DNA of 64,000 nucleotides. Source: an uncultured Gammaproteobacteria bacterium (GTDB taxonomy: Bacteria; Patescibacteriota; Patescibacteriia; UBA9934). Location: assembly GCA_964569575.1 (NCBI GenBank), contig CAZMTL010000004.1, positions 8,959 through 72,958 of the forward strand. Direction: 5' to 3'. The notes below the pieces were generated by a model. That model made no database searches. It had not been told where the DNA came from and was given only the letters and a program-made list of their open reading frames with translations. The translations under genes were made by a program, and so were the position numbers. Of this stretch, positions 30,373 to 39,509 are shown one piece after another; position 1 is the first letter of the stretch, and each line of letters begins with the position of its first letter.

Positions 30373-31119
30373 TTAAAAAAACGTTCGTTCTTCGGTATGC
30401 CGAATAATTTCGTAAGCCTCTTCAGCTGTATCAACAATCTTGTACAGCTCCAAATCGTTGCGAGAAATCGTATCAAACTCAGCAAACATCACTTCTCGAA
30501 TAAATCCATCCAACGGCTCCCAGAAGGATTTTCCAACCAAAACCACAGGAATTGTTTCGGACTTCTCGGTTTGAATTAACGTCAAAATCTCAAACAACTC
30601 ATCCAATGTCCCGAACCCTCCCGGAAAATACACATATGCCTGCGCCGATGCAGCCAAAATAACCTTACGCGTGAAAAAATAATAAAACGCCTTCGAATCC
30701 TTCACATAAGGATTAATACGCTGCTCCATTGGTAATTGAATATTGAGCCCAACCGACTTCCCTCCCGCTTCATACGCTCCTTTATTTGCCGCTTCCATAA
30801 TTCCAGGACCACCACCTGTTACAACGGTAAATCCTCCACCGGCAAGCAATGCACCAAACTTCTCCGCTTCACGATACCATTTATTTGTTCCTGGAGTACG
30901 AGCCGAACCGAACACAGTTACTTCTCGTTTGATATTCGAAAGAAACTGAAATCCTTCCACAAATTCCGCCATAATGCGGAAAATACGCCAAGTCACGTCC
31001 GACATCCGAGGAGCCTCACCCGCTTTTGTAAGCGCCGCTTTTTCATCCGCACCAAGCGGAATACGACACGCAAGCGATTCATCTTGAGTAGGATTTTTTT
31101 TCGTTCCAAATATGTCCAT
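30373..31119 (-). CDS. LOG family (TIGR00730) protein
   Basis: VTVFGSAR...TGGGPGIMEAANKGA...PGGFGTLDELFE motifs. Confidence 0.85.
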   Translation of the reverse strand: MDIFGTKKNPTQDESLACRIPLGADEKAALTKAGEAPRMSDVTWRIFRIMAEFVEGFQFLSNIKREVTVFGSARTPGTNKWYREAEKFGALLAGGGFTVVTGGGPGIMEAANKGAYEAGGKSVGLNIQLPMEQRINPYVKDSKAFYYFFTRKVILAASAQAYVYFPGGFGTLDELFEILTLIQTEKSETIPVVLVGKSFWEPLDGFIREVMFAEFDTISRNDLELYKIVDTAEEAYEIIRHTEERTFF

Positions 31120-31157
31120 AGTACACAAAGTATACCACGAATAAATTTCACTCACGA

Positions 31158-32879
31158 CTACCAACTTCCCCCTCCGCCACCACCGCCTCCGCCACCCGAA
31201 AATCCACCTCCACCCGAACCGCCGTTCGCCTGACTAAACGTAGACATGTTTTGAATAGACGTATTAACCGTAGAAAGATGATGCGTAATCGACAGGGCAT
31301 CAATATAACGATACTTCGCATTCAGCCATTCCGGCTTTTGCAGATCCATTCCATCAAACGTACGCGCCCAACGCTTTACTTGATTAAACGCAATCGCATA
31401 CGGAAGATACTTTTCGAAAATATATTGATCTTCTTGCCATTGCGATCGATAACGCTCCGCAGTGTGCATAAATAATTTGAATCCCCGAATATGTCGAGCA
31501 ATCTCGGCACCCTCTGACGTATAGCGCTTCATAAGTACCCCAAAAACAGCGCTGTAAATCGCCGCAACGACGTACAAAATACCAACTAATACAGCGCCAT
31601 TGCCCAAAAAGTAAAACGCAAAGAATCCGAAGATGAATGAACATCCACCAACTAAGATCACGCCATCAAACGAACCCTTAGTGAACCAACCCGATTCAAC
31701 AGCATGTTCTTGAATCGCCTTACTTATCTTGTACCCACGTGTATTCGAAGACATCGAAGTCTGAACCTCCTTCATTGTGCGTCGATCTTTCTTGCCAGGA
31801 AACAGCCCTTGCATCAATTCCCGATACGACTTTTCGAGCCCCGCCTCGGACTTCAATCGCGTAAACGCAATCGCAGGAATCGTCTTTCCAAATTTGGTCT
31901 TTTCAACCTTCTCTTCATCAATATCAATCTTCAAATATCCCTTCACTGCCAAATCCACAATCATTGCCCCAATAAAACGGCGTCTAAATCCACCAGTCAG
32001 TAAAAACCCAGCACTTACCGGACTCACATCCGCAGGTGGAGCAAATTCCGCCACCACCGTCTTTGTCTTTGGATCCTTTCCGAACACATACCAAGCCAAG
32101 AAGATGATCGGCATCGCGACAATCGGAATCAAACCAGCAACATTATCTCGCACAACATAAAACACCTTTTTCACAATAGACGGTTCTGTCACAACCCCTT
32201 TCGAAAAACCAACCGCAACCGTCAAATAATCATTCGCCGCAAACGCCAAGTCTCCATCCATCTCAACAATTTCACAATTCTGTTGAGTCGAACCGTACGA
32301 ACCCGTGTAGCAAGCGGTCTCGAAAATCTGAACACCGTCTGGCAACGTCACACGAGCCGTAGAAAGCGCGATCGGCACCTCCCAATCATTCCCTGTAATA
32401 TCCCAATAAAATTCATCCCTCTCATCAAAAAACAACACACCTCGCTCTACCCTGTAACGAATCACATATTCAACAGGGCCCGACACAAACAAGTCCGCAT
32501 CCCCAATTCGGTACCGTCTAAATCCACCTTCACGAGATTTTTTATACTCAGCCGGAACACCGTTTTGCAAAATCTCCTCCACCTGCACATTCATGCGCAT
32601 TTTAGAACCATACGAACCCCCGTAGACAATAGGAATATCGCGATAAATTCCATGCTTGTTAAAGCTAGAATTAAAATTGGTCAAAATACGTTCCGTGATC
32701 AAAATCTCTCCCGTTTCCAAGACTTCTATTTCCGAATCAAACGAATCAATCTGCCAACCATACAAATTATAAGAAGGAGCAAATTCCTCTAACTGCGCAT
32801 GTGCAGGCAAGCTAAAAAACAAACACAGAATACCGATAAGCGCTGCCCCCAACCAACGCAGATTAACGAAGGTAAGCAT
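31158..32879 (-). CDS. DUF2207-type membrane protein with poly-Gly C-terminal tail
   Basis: Signal peptide ...CLFFSLPAHAQ, extracellular domain, three TM helices, C-terminal GGSGGGGFSGGGGGGGGGGSW; start uncertain (32879/32894/32936). Confidence 0.65.
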   Translation of the reverse strand: MLTFVNLRWLGAALIGILCLFFSLPAHAQLEEFAPSYNLYGWQIDSFDSEIEVLETGEILITERILTNFNSSFNKHGIYRDIPIVYGGSYGSKMRMNVQVEEILQNGVPAEYKKSREGGFRRYRIGDADLFVSGPVEYVIRYRVERGVLFFDERDEFYWDITGNDWEVPIALSTARVTLPDGVQIFETACYTGSYGSTQQNCEIVEMDGDLAFAANDYLTVAVGFSKGVVTEPSIVKKVFYVVRDNVAGLIPIVAMPIIFLAWYVFGKDPKTKTVVAEFAPPADVSPVSAGFLLTGGFRRRFIGAMIVDLAVKGYLKIDIDEEKVEKTKFGKTIPAIAFTRLKSEAGLEKSYRELMQGLFPGKKDRRTMKEVQTSMSSNTRGYKISKAIQEHAVESGWFTKGSFDGVILVGGCSFIFGFFAFYFLGNGAVLVGILYVVAAIYSAVFGVLMKRYTSEGAEIARHIRGFKLFMHTAERYRSQWQEDQYIFEKYLPYAIAFNQVKRWARTFDGMDLQKPEWLNAKYRYIDALSITHHLSTVNTSIQNMSTFSQANGGSGGGGFSGGGGGGGGGGSW

Positions 32880-33900
32880 TTTTGTTCGCAACATGTTGAT
32901 CGTGTGTAACACCATAATAAACGGTTCCGACAGCATCGGTTAAGAAATAAAAGTAATCAGTCTCTTCGGCCATTGCGAGCGAATTCAATGCTTGCGAACC
33001 AGGATTACTAATCGGCCCTGGAGGCAACCCTGCGTACATATACGTATTGTACGGTGAATCAATTTCGGTATCTGCAAGGCTAATTCCAGGCGTCTTTTTA
33101 CCTGTGACATAATTCACCGTCGAATCCATCTGCAACGCCATACCAATCTCTAAACGATTGTAGAAAATGCCAGAAACAATCTTCATGTCACGCTCACCCC
33201 GAACTTCCCGCTCCAAAATCGAAGCGAGAGTCAAATATTCATGCAAAGTCGTTGGACCATTTTCATAGACCGATAGTCGCACATTCGCCGCTTCCACATT
33301 TTCCTGCATTTCTAACAACATGCGACCAACAATGTCTTCCGCCGTCGAATCTTCAAAAAACCGATACGTATCTGGGAACAAGTACCCTTCCAACGAAAGT
33401 GCGGCAGGCTTTCGAGCCGCGACAACAAAAGGATGATCTTCAAACGGTCCACCGGCAGCCACAACACGATCCCATTCTTCTTCCGAAATATCGAACGAAC
33501 CACGAACCACTTCTCCAATCTGCTCTATCGTATACCCTTCCGGAATCGTAATACTCACTTCATCTGTCGTACCTTGTAACAAGGTATTACCGATCGATTT
33601 GTAGTTCATACCTTCCTGCAGTGTAAATTCACCCGCCTGCAATACCCGCGCATTTCCAGATAATTTCGCATACACTTTAAACCAAAATGCATTCGCAATA
33701 AATCCTTCCTCTTTGAGCGAATCCGCCACACGCGACAATCCAGATCCTGCCACAACTTCAAATGTACGTTCTTCGGCCTGCTTCGACGGCGTCTGAACAT
33801 AAAATCGATACCCCTGCCAAAGCAGAACGACACCAAAAAGACAGAAAATAATAATAAGTGAAGTAAAGCAGGCAAGAATTTTTCTAAATAATTTCATCAT
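32863..33900 (-). CDS. mltG: endolytic murein transglycosylase MltG/YceG
   Basis: N-terminal TM and YceG-like domain ending ...NTYMYAGLPPGPISNPG...YFYFL. Confidence 0.9.
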   Translation of the reverse strand: MMKLFRKILACFTSLIIIFCLFGVVLLWQGYRFYVQTPSKQAEERTFEVVAGSGLSRVADSLKEEGFIANAFWFKVYAKLSGNARVLQAGEFTLQEGMNYKSIGNTLLQGTTDEVSITIPEGYTIEQIGEVVRGSFDISEEEWDRVVAAGGPFEDHPFVVAARKPAALSLEGYLFPDTYRFFEDSTAEDIVGRMLLEMQENVEAANVRLSVYENGPTTLHEYLTLASILEREVRGERDMKIVSGIFYNRLEIGMALQMDSTVNYVTGKKTPGISLADTEIDSPYNTYMYAGLPPGPISNPGSQALNSLAMAEETDYFYFLTDAVGTVYYGVTHDQHVANKNAYLR

Positions 33901-34409
33901 AAAGGTAAGTATTGAAACAGGATACCAGAAACAAGCATCCCTAAGAAGGCACCGACAATCACATCAGAAAAATAATGAACCCCAACAGCAATGCGAGAAA
34001 GTGAGATGCAAAAAGCAACCGCAAAAAAAATGGCAATATACACAAAATCAAACGCAACTTGGGCACGTAAAAACAGTAAGGTTAACGAGGTAGCGAACGA
34101 AAAACTCATCGAGGCATGCCCAGAAGGAAAAGAAGAAGTACCATCCCACAAGTGATACACCGGCCCCTTGGTCAGCGGACGCTTTCGACCAACCAACCCT
34201 TTTATAAACAAGGTGAGCAGCAACGAGAGCGCAACCAACACGAACAAATAAAAAACATGATGCTTGTGCGTCATTAAATACCCCAAAGCCACCATAATCG
34301 CGGCATAAAAATACAACCCAAACCGAGAAACCAGGCTCCAAAACGTAAAAGCCGAAGCAAACATGTTGCGCAACCAGTACGTAATGCGTGCATCAAAGTG
34401 CTCTTTCAT
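33897..34409 (-). CDS. PAP2 family phosphatase
   Basis: PAP2 motifs KGLVGRKRP, PSGHA, SRIAVGVHYFSDV; ATG at 34409. Confidence 0.75.
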   Translation of the reverse strand: MKEHFDARITYWLRNMFASAFTFWSLVSRFGLYFYAAIMVALGYLMTHKHHVFYLFVLVALSLLLTLFIKGLVGRKRPLTKGPVYHLWDGTSSFPSGHASMSFSFATSLTLLFLRAQVAFDFVYIAIFFAVAFCISLSRIAVGVHYFSDVIVGAFLGMLVSGILFQYLPL

Positions 34410-34413
34410 AGCG

Positions 34414-35145
34414 CTAGTATATCTCATCCGAAACCGCTCGTCGAAGACGCTGCAACTCCGCCTCACGACGCTCAACATCCGCCAAGATCGCTTCTGCATT
34501 CTTAGGCGCAATCAAGTTTTTCTTCGGAAAAGCACACACATCCACCAACGGACACGCCCAACATCGCGGAGCGGAAATACAAAGATAACGCCCGTGCTTC
34601 ACAAACACTTCATTCACCCGTTTCATTTGTTCTAGCGGAATAATTTTCAACAATTTCTTTTCCGTTGCCGCAGGTGTAGCCGCCTTCACCCACCCAAGTC
34701 GATTCGTAACTCGATGCACATGAGTATCCACGGCAATAGCAGGAACGCCATAAATATAAGGCAAAATCACACTAGCCGTTTTACGCCCAACTCCAGCGAG
34801 TGACGTTAATTCCTCCATGGTACCCGGGATCTTGCCATCAAAAACTTCCACCACTCGCAAAGCCATCTTCTTCAAATTTTTTGCCTTCTGCCGATACATG
34901 CCGATCGTATTGATCTTTGAACAAATAAATTGTTCGTCTGCCTTCGAAAGCGTTTCCACATCCGGAAATGCACGAAAAAACCCAGGAAGTAACTTCAACA
35001 CCTGCTCATCCCGCGTTCGAGCCGAAAGCGCCACAGCCACAACCGCATGATACGCCCCACCAATCTCCATCGCGCCAGGTTCTGGAAAGATTTTTTTCAA
35101 CGCCGTAAGAACGAAATCAATATCATCTTGCAACAATCTCTTCAT
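34414..35145 (-). CDS. nth: endonuclease III
   Basis: HhH-GPD LAGVGRKTASV...VDTHV and a C-terminal 4Fe-4S Cys cluster CxxxxxxCxxCxxxxxC. Confidence 0.9.
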   Translation of the reverse strand: MKRLLQDDIDFVLTALKKIFPEPGAMEIGGAYHAVVAVALSARTRDEQVLKLLPGFFRAFPDVETLSKADEQFICSKINTIGMYRQKAKNLKKMALRVVEVFDGKIPGTMEELTSLAGVGRKTASVILPYIYGVPAIAVDTHVHRVTNRLGWVKAATPAATEKKLLKIIPLEQMKRVNEVFVKHGRYLCISAPRCWACPLVDVCAFPKKNLIAPKNAEAILADVERREAELQRLRRAVSDEIY

Positions 35146-35147
35146 AT

Positions 35148-36749
35148 TTACAGCAAACTCGTCCCCGTCATATCAGGTGGCTGCGCGATGCCTAGGACCT
35201 GAAGTAATGTCGGAGCAACATCCGCCAATACACCCACCGGCGGCAAAAGCGAAAGATCACCATTCGGCACATCTCCCGATGGACCGGTCACTCCCTCGAA
35301 CTGATTTCCAATAACGAAAAATGGAACCGGATTCGTACTATGCTCCTTGTCGATCTCGTTCGTCTGCAAATTCAACACCTCCTCCACATTCCCGTGATCC
35401 GCCGTGATAAATACAACCCCGTCCTTCGCAAGCGTAGCTTCGACAATTCGCCGAACACAATCATCAATCACCTCATTTGCCTTAATCGAGGCAGGAAGAT
35501 TTCCAGTATGCGAAACCATGTCAGGATTCGCAAAATTCGCAATAATCACATCATAATTATCAACTCCAACTTCTTTCACGATACGGTCCGTAATTTGATA
35601 GGCGGACATTTCAGGCTGTTCATCGTACGAAGAAATGGAAGGCGATGGAATAATCACGCGATCTTCGTGTGGAAATGCATCTTCTTTCGCGCCGTTAAAG
35701 AAAAACGTAACGTGCGCATATTTCTCTGTCTCGGCAATATGAAGCTGAACAAGTCCATTGTTCGCCAATACTTCGGCGAGAGAATTTTGAAGAGGAATAG
35801 AAGGAAAGGCTATATCAACTGGCAAACCAACTTCATACTGCATCATGGTCACGAACTCAACGCCAGGAATATACGTACGTGCAAACTTATCAAAATCCGG
35901 CAGCACAAACGCCTTCGTAATCTCGCGAGCGCGATCTGGCCGGAAATTGAAAAAGATTACCGCATCACCCGTCTTCACCGTAGCAAGTGGTTCTTTCTTT
36001 TTCGTAAACACCGTTGGCACAAATTCTTCATCGTACACCTCTGCTGCATACGAAGCCTTCAACGCCTCAATAGGGTCATCCGACAAAACTTCCGATACAC
36101 CAAGCGCAATCGCGTTGTAAGCCTTCTCGATACGATCCCAACGATTATCACGATCCATCGCGAAATACCGCCCAGACATCGAAGCAATATACCCAACACG
36201 CAATTCATCCATCTTCTGCTGAAGCTCGGTGACAAATTCTAACCCTGAATTATACAAAGTATCTCGACCATCCAAAATCACATGCACAGCAACATCTTTT
36301 ACCTTGTGCTTTTTTGCCAATTCTAAAAGCGCATAACAATGCGCGTTATATCCGTGCACTTTACCCGAAGACATAATACCCAATAAATGCAGCGTTCCTC
36401 CAGACGACTTCACCTGTTCAATCGACTTCAAAAAATACTCATTCTCGAAAAAAGAACCATCCTGAATTGCGCGCTCAATACGCGGCAACGCTTGATAATA
36501 CACACGACCCGTTCCAATAGTAAGGTGACCTACCTCCGAATTTCCCATTTCACCCCACATTAATCCAACAGTTTCGCCCGAAGCACGCAAAGTCATCGAT
36601 GGATAACGCTGAATAATTTCTTTAAAAAACGGCATCTGCGCTCGGGTAACCGCATTACCATCCGAATCAGGTGCAACACCAAAACCGTCTAAAATCAATA
36701 AAACCGCTGGTCGCGGACGTTGAAAATTTGGTTGTTGAATATCTGCCAT
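35148..36749 (-). CDS. gpmI: 2,3-bisphosphoglycerate-independent phosphoglycerate mutase
   Basis: 533 aa; LLILDGFG, MGNSEVGHLTIG, ADHGN motifs. Confidence 0.95.
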   Translation of the reverse strand: MADIQQPNFQRPRPAVLLILDGFGVAPDSDGNAVTRAQMPFFKEIIQRYPSMTLRASGETVGLMWGEMGNSEVGHLTIGTGRVYYQALPRIERAIQDGSFFENEYFLKSIEQVKSSGGTLHLLGIMSSGKVHGYNAHCYALLELAKKHKVKDVAVHVILDGRDTLYNSGLEFVTELQQKMDELRVGYIASMSGRYFAMDRDNRWDRIEKAYNAIALGVSEVLSDDPIEALKASYAAEVYDEEFVPTVFTKKKEPLATVKTGDAVIFFNFRPDRAREITKAFVLPDFDKFARTYIPGVEFVTMMQYEVGLPVDIAFPSIPLQNSLAEVLANNGLVQLHIAETEKYAHVTFFFNGAKEDAFPHEDRVIIPSPSISSYDEQPEMSAYQITDRIVKEVGVDNYDVIIANFANPDMVSHTGNLPASIKANEVIDDCVRRIVEATLAKDGVVFITADHGNVEEVLNLQTNEIDKEHSTNPVPFFVIGNQFEGVTGPSGDVPNGDLSLLPPVGVLADVAPTLLQVLGIAQPPDMTGTSLL

Positions 36750-36799
36750 ACAAAAAAGAGTATAGCAAAATTCGGGAAAAAATTCGAGCTTAAATCACA

Positions 36800-37117
36800 C
36801 TAACGAATCGCAACAGCATCAATTCCAGGACTAACATATTCAACTCGTTCAACCGGCGTAAGACCAAGTAGTTTTATACGACTAGACACACTTTGAACCG
36901 ATTGCAACTCGGCAATTTCCATCGCAAGACGAGCATTTTCGCGCTCCAATTCTTCGATCTGATCCTCTACTTCTCGCATAGCAAATCCCTTCGTTGCCGC
37001 AACATTCACCTGCCAAATAAAGAGACAAAACAACACAAACGATCCGACAACAAAAGCAATCGTCAAAAACCGGACATTGCTAATTTTAGTAAAAATTGTG
37101 TTCGTTTTTGCTGTCAT
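36800..37117 (-). CDS. ftsL: FtsL-like cell-division protein
   Basis: 105 aa, single TM then a coiled coil (EDQIEELERENARLAMEIAELQ); located after rsmH in the dcw order. Confidence 0.6.
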   Translation of the reverse strand: MTAKTNTIFTKISNVRFLTIAFVVGSFVLFCLFIWQVNVAATKGFAMREVEDQIEELERENARLAMEIAELQSVQSVSSRIKLLGLTPVERVEYVSPGIDAVAIR

Positions 37118-37145
37118 ACCTCCTTACCCTCCTACCAAGTTAATA

Positions 37146-38000
37146 TTAGATTTTCTCGGCTATTCTTAGCTTCGCACTACGAGATCGAGGATTCGATTTC
37201 TTTTCTGCAAAACTAGGTTGAATAGCTTTTTTGTTCACCTGAACTAAATCTGTTCTTGACTTTATCCACTGTTTCACCAAACGATCTTCCAACGAATGAA
37301 ACGTAATAACCACCAATCGACCACCAGTTTCGAGCAAGTCTACCGCTGCTGGTAACCCTTTTTCGATCTGACCAAATTCATCATTTACCACCAATCGAAG
37401 TGCCTGAAAAACACGAGTAGCCGGATGCGACTTACCGCTTCTTCGCACAACTCCAGCGACAATATCTGCCAGCTGCAAGGTTGTTTCGATTTTCTGTTTT
37501 TTTCGAGCTTCCAAAATCGCTTTCGCAATTTGCGGAGCCCAACTCTCTTCCCCGTAGACCCGGAACAATTTCATCAAGTCGTCCACCGACCATCCGTTTA
37601 CCACTTCGTAAGCAGTAAGCAATTGCCGTTGATCAAACCGCATATCGAGTGGACCGTCTTTTTGAAAAGAGAATCCTCGTTCCGCTTCGTCGACATGAGG
37701 AGAAGAAATTCCTAAGTCAAACAACGCTCCATGAATACGTGGCAATGCATGTTCGGCCAAATTCGCGAACGAATCATGAACAAACCGCACCCTGTCTTTG
37801 GCAAAGGAAAGACGATCTTTTGCAAATGCGAGATTTCGAGCATCGCGTTCGACGGCAATCAATTCACCGTTTGGCGCCGTGGCTCGCAAAATCGCTTCCG
37901 CATGACCACCCAACCCTAATGTTGCATCGAGTACTCGAACACCAGGCGATAACTTTAATCCCTCCAACGCCTCCTGCATGAATACCGGCACATGTTCCAT
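37146..38000 (-). CDS. rsmH: 16S rRNA (cytosine1402-N4)-methyltransferase
   Basis: HVPVFMQEALEGL...DATLGLGGH...DLGISSPHVD motifs. Confidence 0.92.
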   Translation of the reverse strand: MEHVPVFMQEALEGLKLSPGVRVLDATLGLGGHAEAILRATAPNGELIAVERDARNLAFAKDRLSFAKDRVRFVHDSFANLAEHALPRIHGALFDLGISSPHVDEAERGFSFQKDGPLDMRFDQRQLLTAYEVVNGWSVDDLMKLFRVYGEESWAPQIAKAILEARKKQKIETTLQLADIVAGVVRRSGKSHPATRVFQALRLVVNDEFGQIEKGLPAAVDLLETGGRLVVITFHSLEDRLVKQWIKSRTDLVQVNKKAIQPSFAEKKSNPRSRSAKLRIAEKI

Positions 38001-38025
38001 ACGATCTGTCTTACAGTTCAGGGAT

Positions 38026-38457
38026 TTAAATCCCCAAGTCCCCCAATTGTTCAGCAATGTCCGAAGCATCCGCTTCCGTCTGCTTACGGTACTGATCCCA
38101 CGCCTCCGCGTCCCATAATTCGAGCCGCGTACTAACCCCTACAATCACCACATTCTTCTTAATACCTGCATATTCACGCAAGTATTCCGGCACGACGAAC
38201 CTTCCCTGCTTATCCAAATTCACATCCATCGCACCCGCAAGCATGAGCCGAGCGAACGCACGAGAATTTGACTTCCCCAGGGGCAAATTAGAGAGCTTTT
38301 CAGCTAACTTACCCCACTCCTCCAAAGGGAGCAGGAACAGTGAAGAATCTAGACCTCGCGTAACAACCGCGCCCTTCGCAAGGTCGGAACGAAACTTCAC
38401 TGGGGTCGCTAGGCGCCCCTTGTCGTCGATATTGTGATGATATTCGCCAATAAACAT
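38026..38457 (-). CDS. mraZ: transcriptional regulator MraZ
   Basis: MFIGEYHHNIDDKGRLATP plus a second DKQGRFVVP SpoVT-AbrB repeat. Confidence 0.92.
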   Translation of the reverse strand: MFIGEYHHNIDDKGRLATPVKFRSDLAKGAVVTRGLDSSLFLLPLEEWGKLAEKLSNLPLGKSNSRAFARLMLAGAMDVNLDKQGRFVVPEYLREYAGIKKNVVIVGVSTRLELWDAEAWDQYRKQTEADASDIAEQLGDLGI

Positions 38458-38756
38458 AGATGCTTGTAGAAAGTAGACCTCCCTACTCGCTAAAGATGAC
38501 TTTCGTCACCAACTAGTTAAAAAGAACAAGCGGTTGTTTCCCGTCAGAAAATCTGACAGCTGCCACAAATAATCGCACTACTCAGAGGCTTCTCCGAACA
38601 TCCGTCTTGCGACGGAAACTCTCGGAGAAGTCTCTCTCCAGCGATGACTCATGACAGGGGAAATTTCCCAAAACCACTTGTAAAAAAATACGACGAAAAA
38701 TACATTTCGTCTCAAGGGGCGTGACAGAAGCTAAATTTCCAAACAATCTGGAAATT

Positions 38757-38816
38757 CCCCACTTTCTGCCTCGCTGCTTCCACTTTACCCCACTTCCGCC
38801 CCACCAGCAACCACCC
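38757..38816 (-). promoter_or_regulatory. candidate MraZ operator: five phased (A)AAGTGG boxes
   Basis: CCAC on the plus strand at 38759, 38780, 38790, 38801 and 38811 (spacings 21, 10, 11, 10); minus-strand boxes read AAAGTGGGG, AAAGTGGAA, GAAGTGGGG, TGGTGGGG, GGGTGGTT. Confidence 0.5.
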
Positions 38817-38837
38817 TTCACCTAAACCTGTGGATAA

Positions 38838-38866
38838 TTGACCAAACAAGTTAAAAACGCTACATT
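38838..38866 (+). promoter_or_regulatory. sigma70-type promoter of the GC-rich Nudix-like gene
   Basis: TTGACC-N17-TACATT, about 20 nt upstream of the AAGGAGG SD. Confidence 0.45.
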
Positions 38867-38886
38867 TCGAACGCAAAGGAGGCGTG

Positions 38887-39444
38887 ATGCCTGACGACAT
38901 GGGACGACCAACCGCAGAGGAGATCCTGACGGATGGCGCGTACCTGAACGTGGACGCGGTACGTATGTACGAACTTCTCCAAAGGTGCATCGAGGAAACG
39001 GGAATGCTGCCTCAGTGGTACTTCGAGCACATGCCTCGAGTATTCCCTCAGGCCTGCATCGAACTGGCGGTCATGACCGTCCGATCCGGCAAGCGGCACA
39101 TCTTCCTGCTTCAACGACCAGACAACGATACGCACTGGCCGCGTCAGTGGCACATGCCCGGTACGACACTGTACCCAAAGGACAGCGAAGAAACGATGTG
39201 GAAACGGCTACTGGCATCCGAGCTCGGACAACTCCTCCGGCAAGAGATGTTCCGTCTCGCCTTCAACCACATCAGCACACGAGAAGAACGGGAACGCGGC
39301 GAGTGCATGCACGCCGTCTACACGGGACGCATCGGCACCGCATCGAAGAAGCTGGAACGCTTCGGAACCTTCTTTCCGGTCGATCAACTCCCGGAAGAAG
39401 TCATCCAACACCATCGAACCATACTCACCAGGCTCACCCACTAA
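38887..39444 (+). CDS. Nudix-fold-like protein with degenerate Nudix box, GC-rich copy (island B)
   Basis: AAGGAGG SD then ATG 38887; WHMPGTTLYPKDSEETMWKRLLASELG resembles a degenerate Nudix box; about 40% identity (hand alignment) to the adjacent 39510..40013 product. Confidence 0.7.
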   Translation: MPDDMGRPTAEEILTDGAYLNVDAVRMYELLQRCIEETGMLPQWYFEHMPRVFPQACIELAVMTVRSGKRHIFLLQRPDNDTHWPRQWHMPGTTLYPKDSEETMWKRLLASELGQLLRQEMFRLAFNHISTREERERGECMHAVYTGRIGTASKKLERFGTFFPVDQLPEEVIQHHRTILTRLTH

Positions 39445-39462
39445 GACCTGCGAGCTCCTCTC

Positions 39463-39490
39463 GGAACGCCACCTGGCGTTCCTTTCGTTT
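39463..39490 (+). terminator. intrinsic terminator
   Basis: GGAACGCC-acct-GGCGTTCC followed by TTTCGTTT. Confidence 0.65.
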
Positions 39491-39509
39491 ACAGAATAAA
39501 ATACTCAAT

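Noticed and set aside
31164-31215. Simple-sequence CCNCCN repeat
   Set aside because: It is the coding sequence for the Gly-rich C-terminal tail of the DUF2207 protein, a common low-complexity feature of that family, and not an independent repeat element.
35340-36242. 300-aa plus-strand ORF
   Set aside because: It is antisense to gpmI and the translation is R/I/N/K-rich, typical of the reverse frame of a real gene. No SD or promoter is present.
38582-39153. Three minus-strand ORFs (79, 92 and 97 aa) across the mraZ upstream region and the start of island B
   Set aside because: The translations are Trp/Gly/Arg-rich and not protein-like. They run through the GTGG box array and hairpins or antisense to the Nudix-like gene, and none has an SD.
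38985-39509. N-terminal 175 codons of the 342-aa plus ORF 38985..40013
   Set aside because: This part is an alternative frame running over the GC-rich Nudix-like gene (an Arg/His/Thr-rich translation) and across a terminator. The real gene starts at ATG 39510, where homology to the upstream paralog begins.
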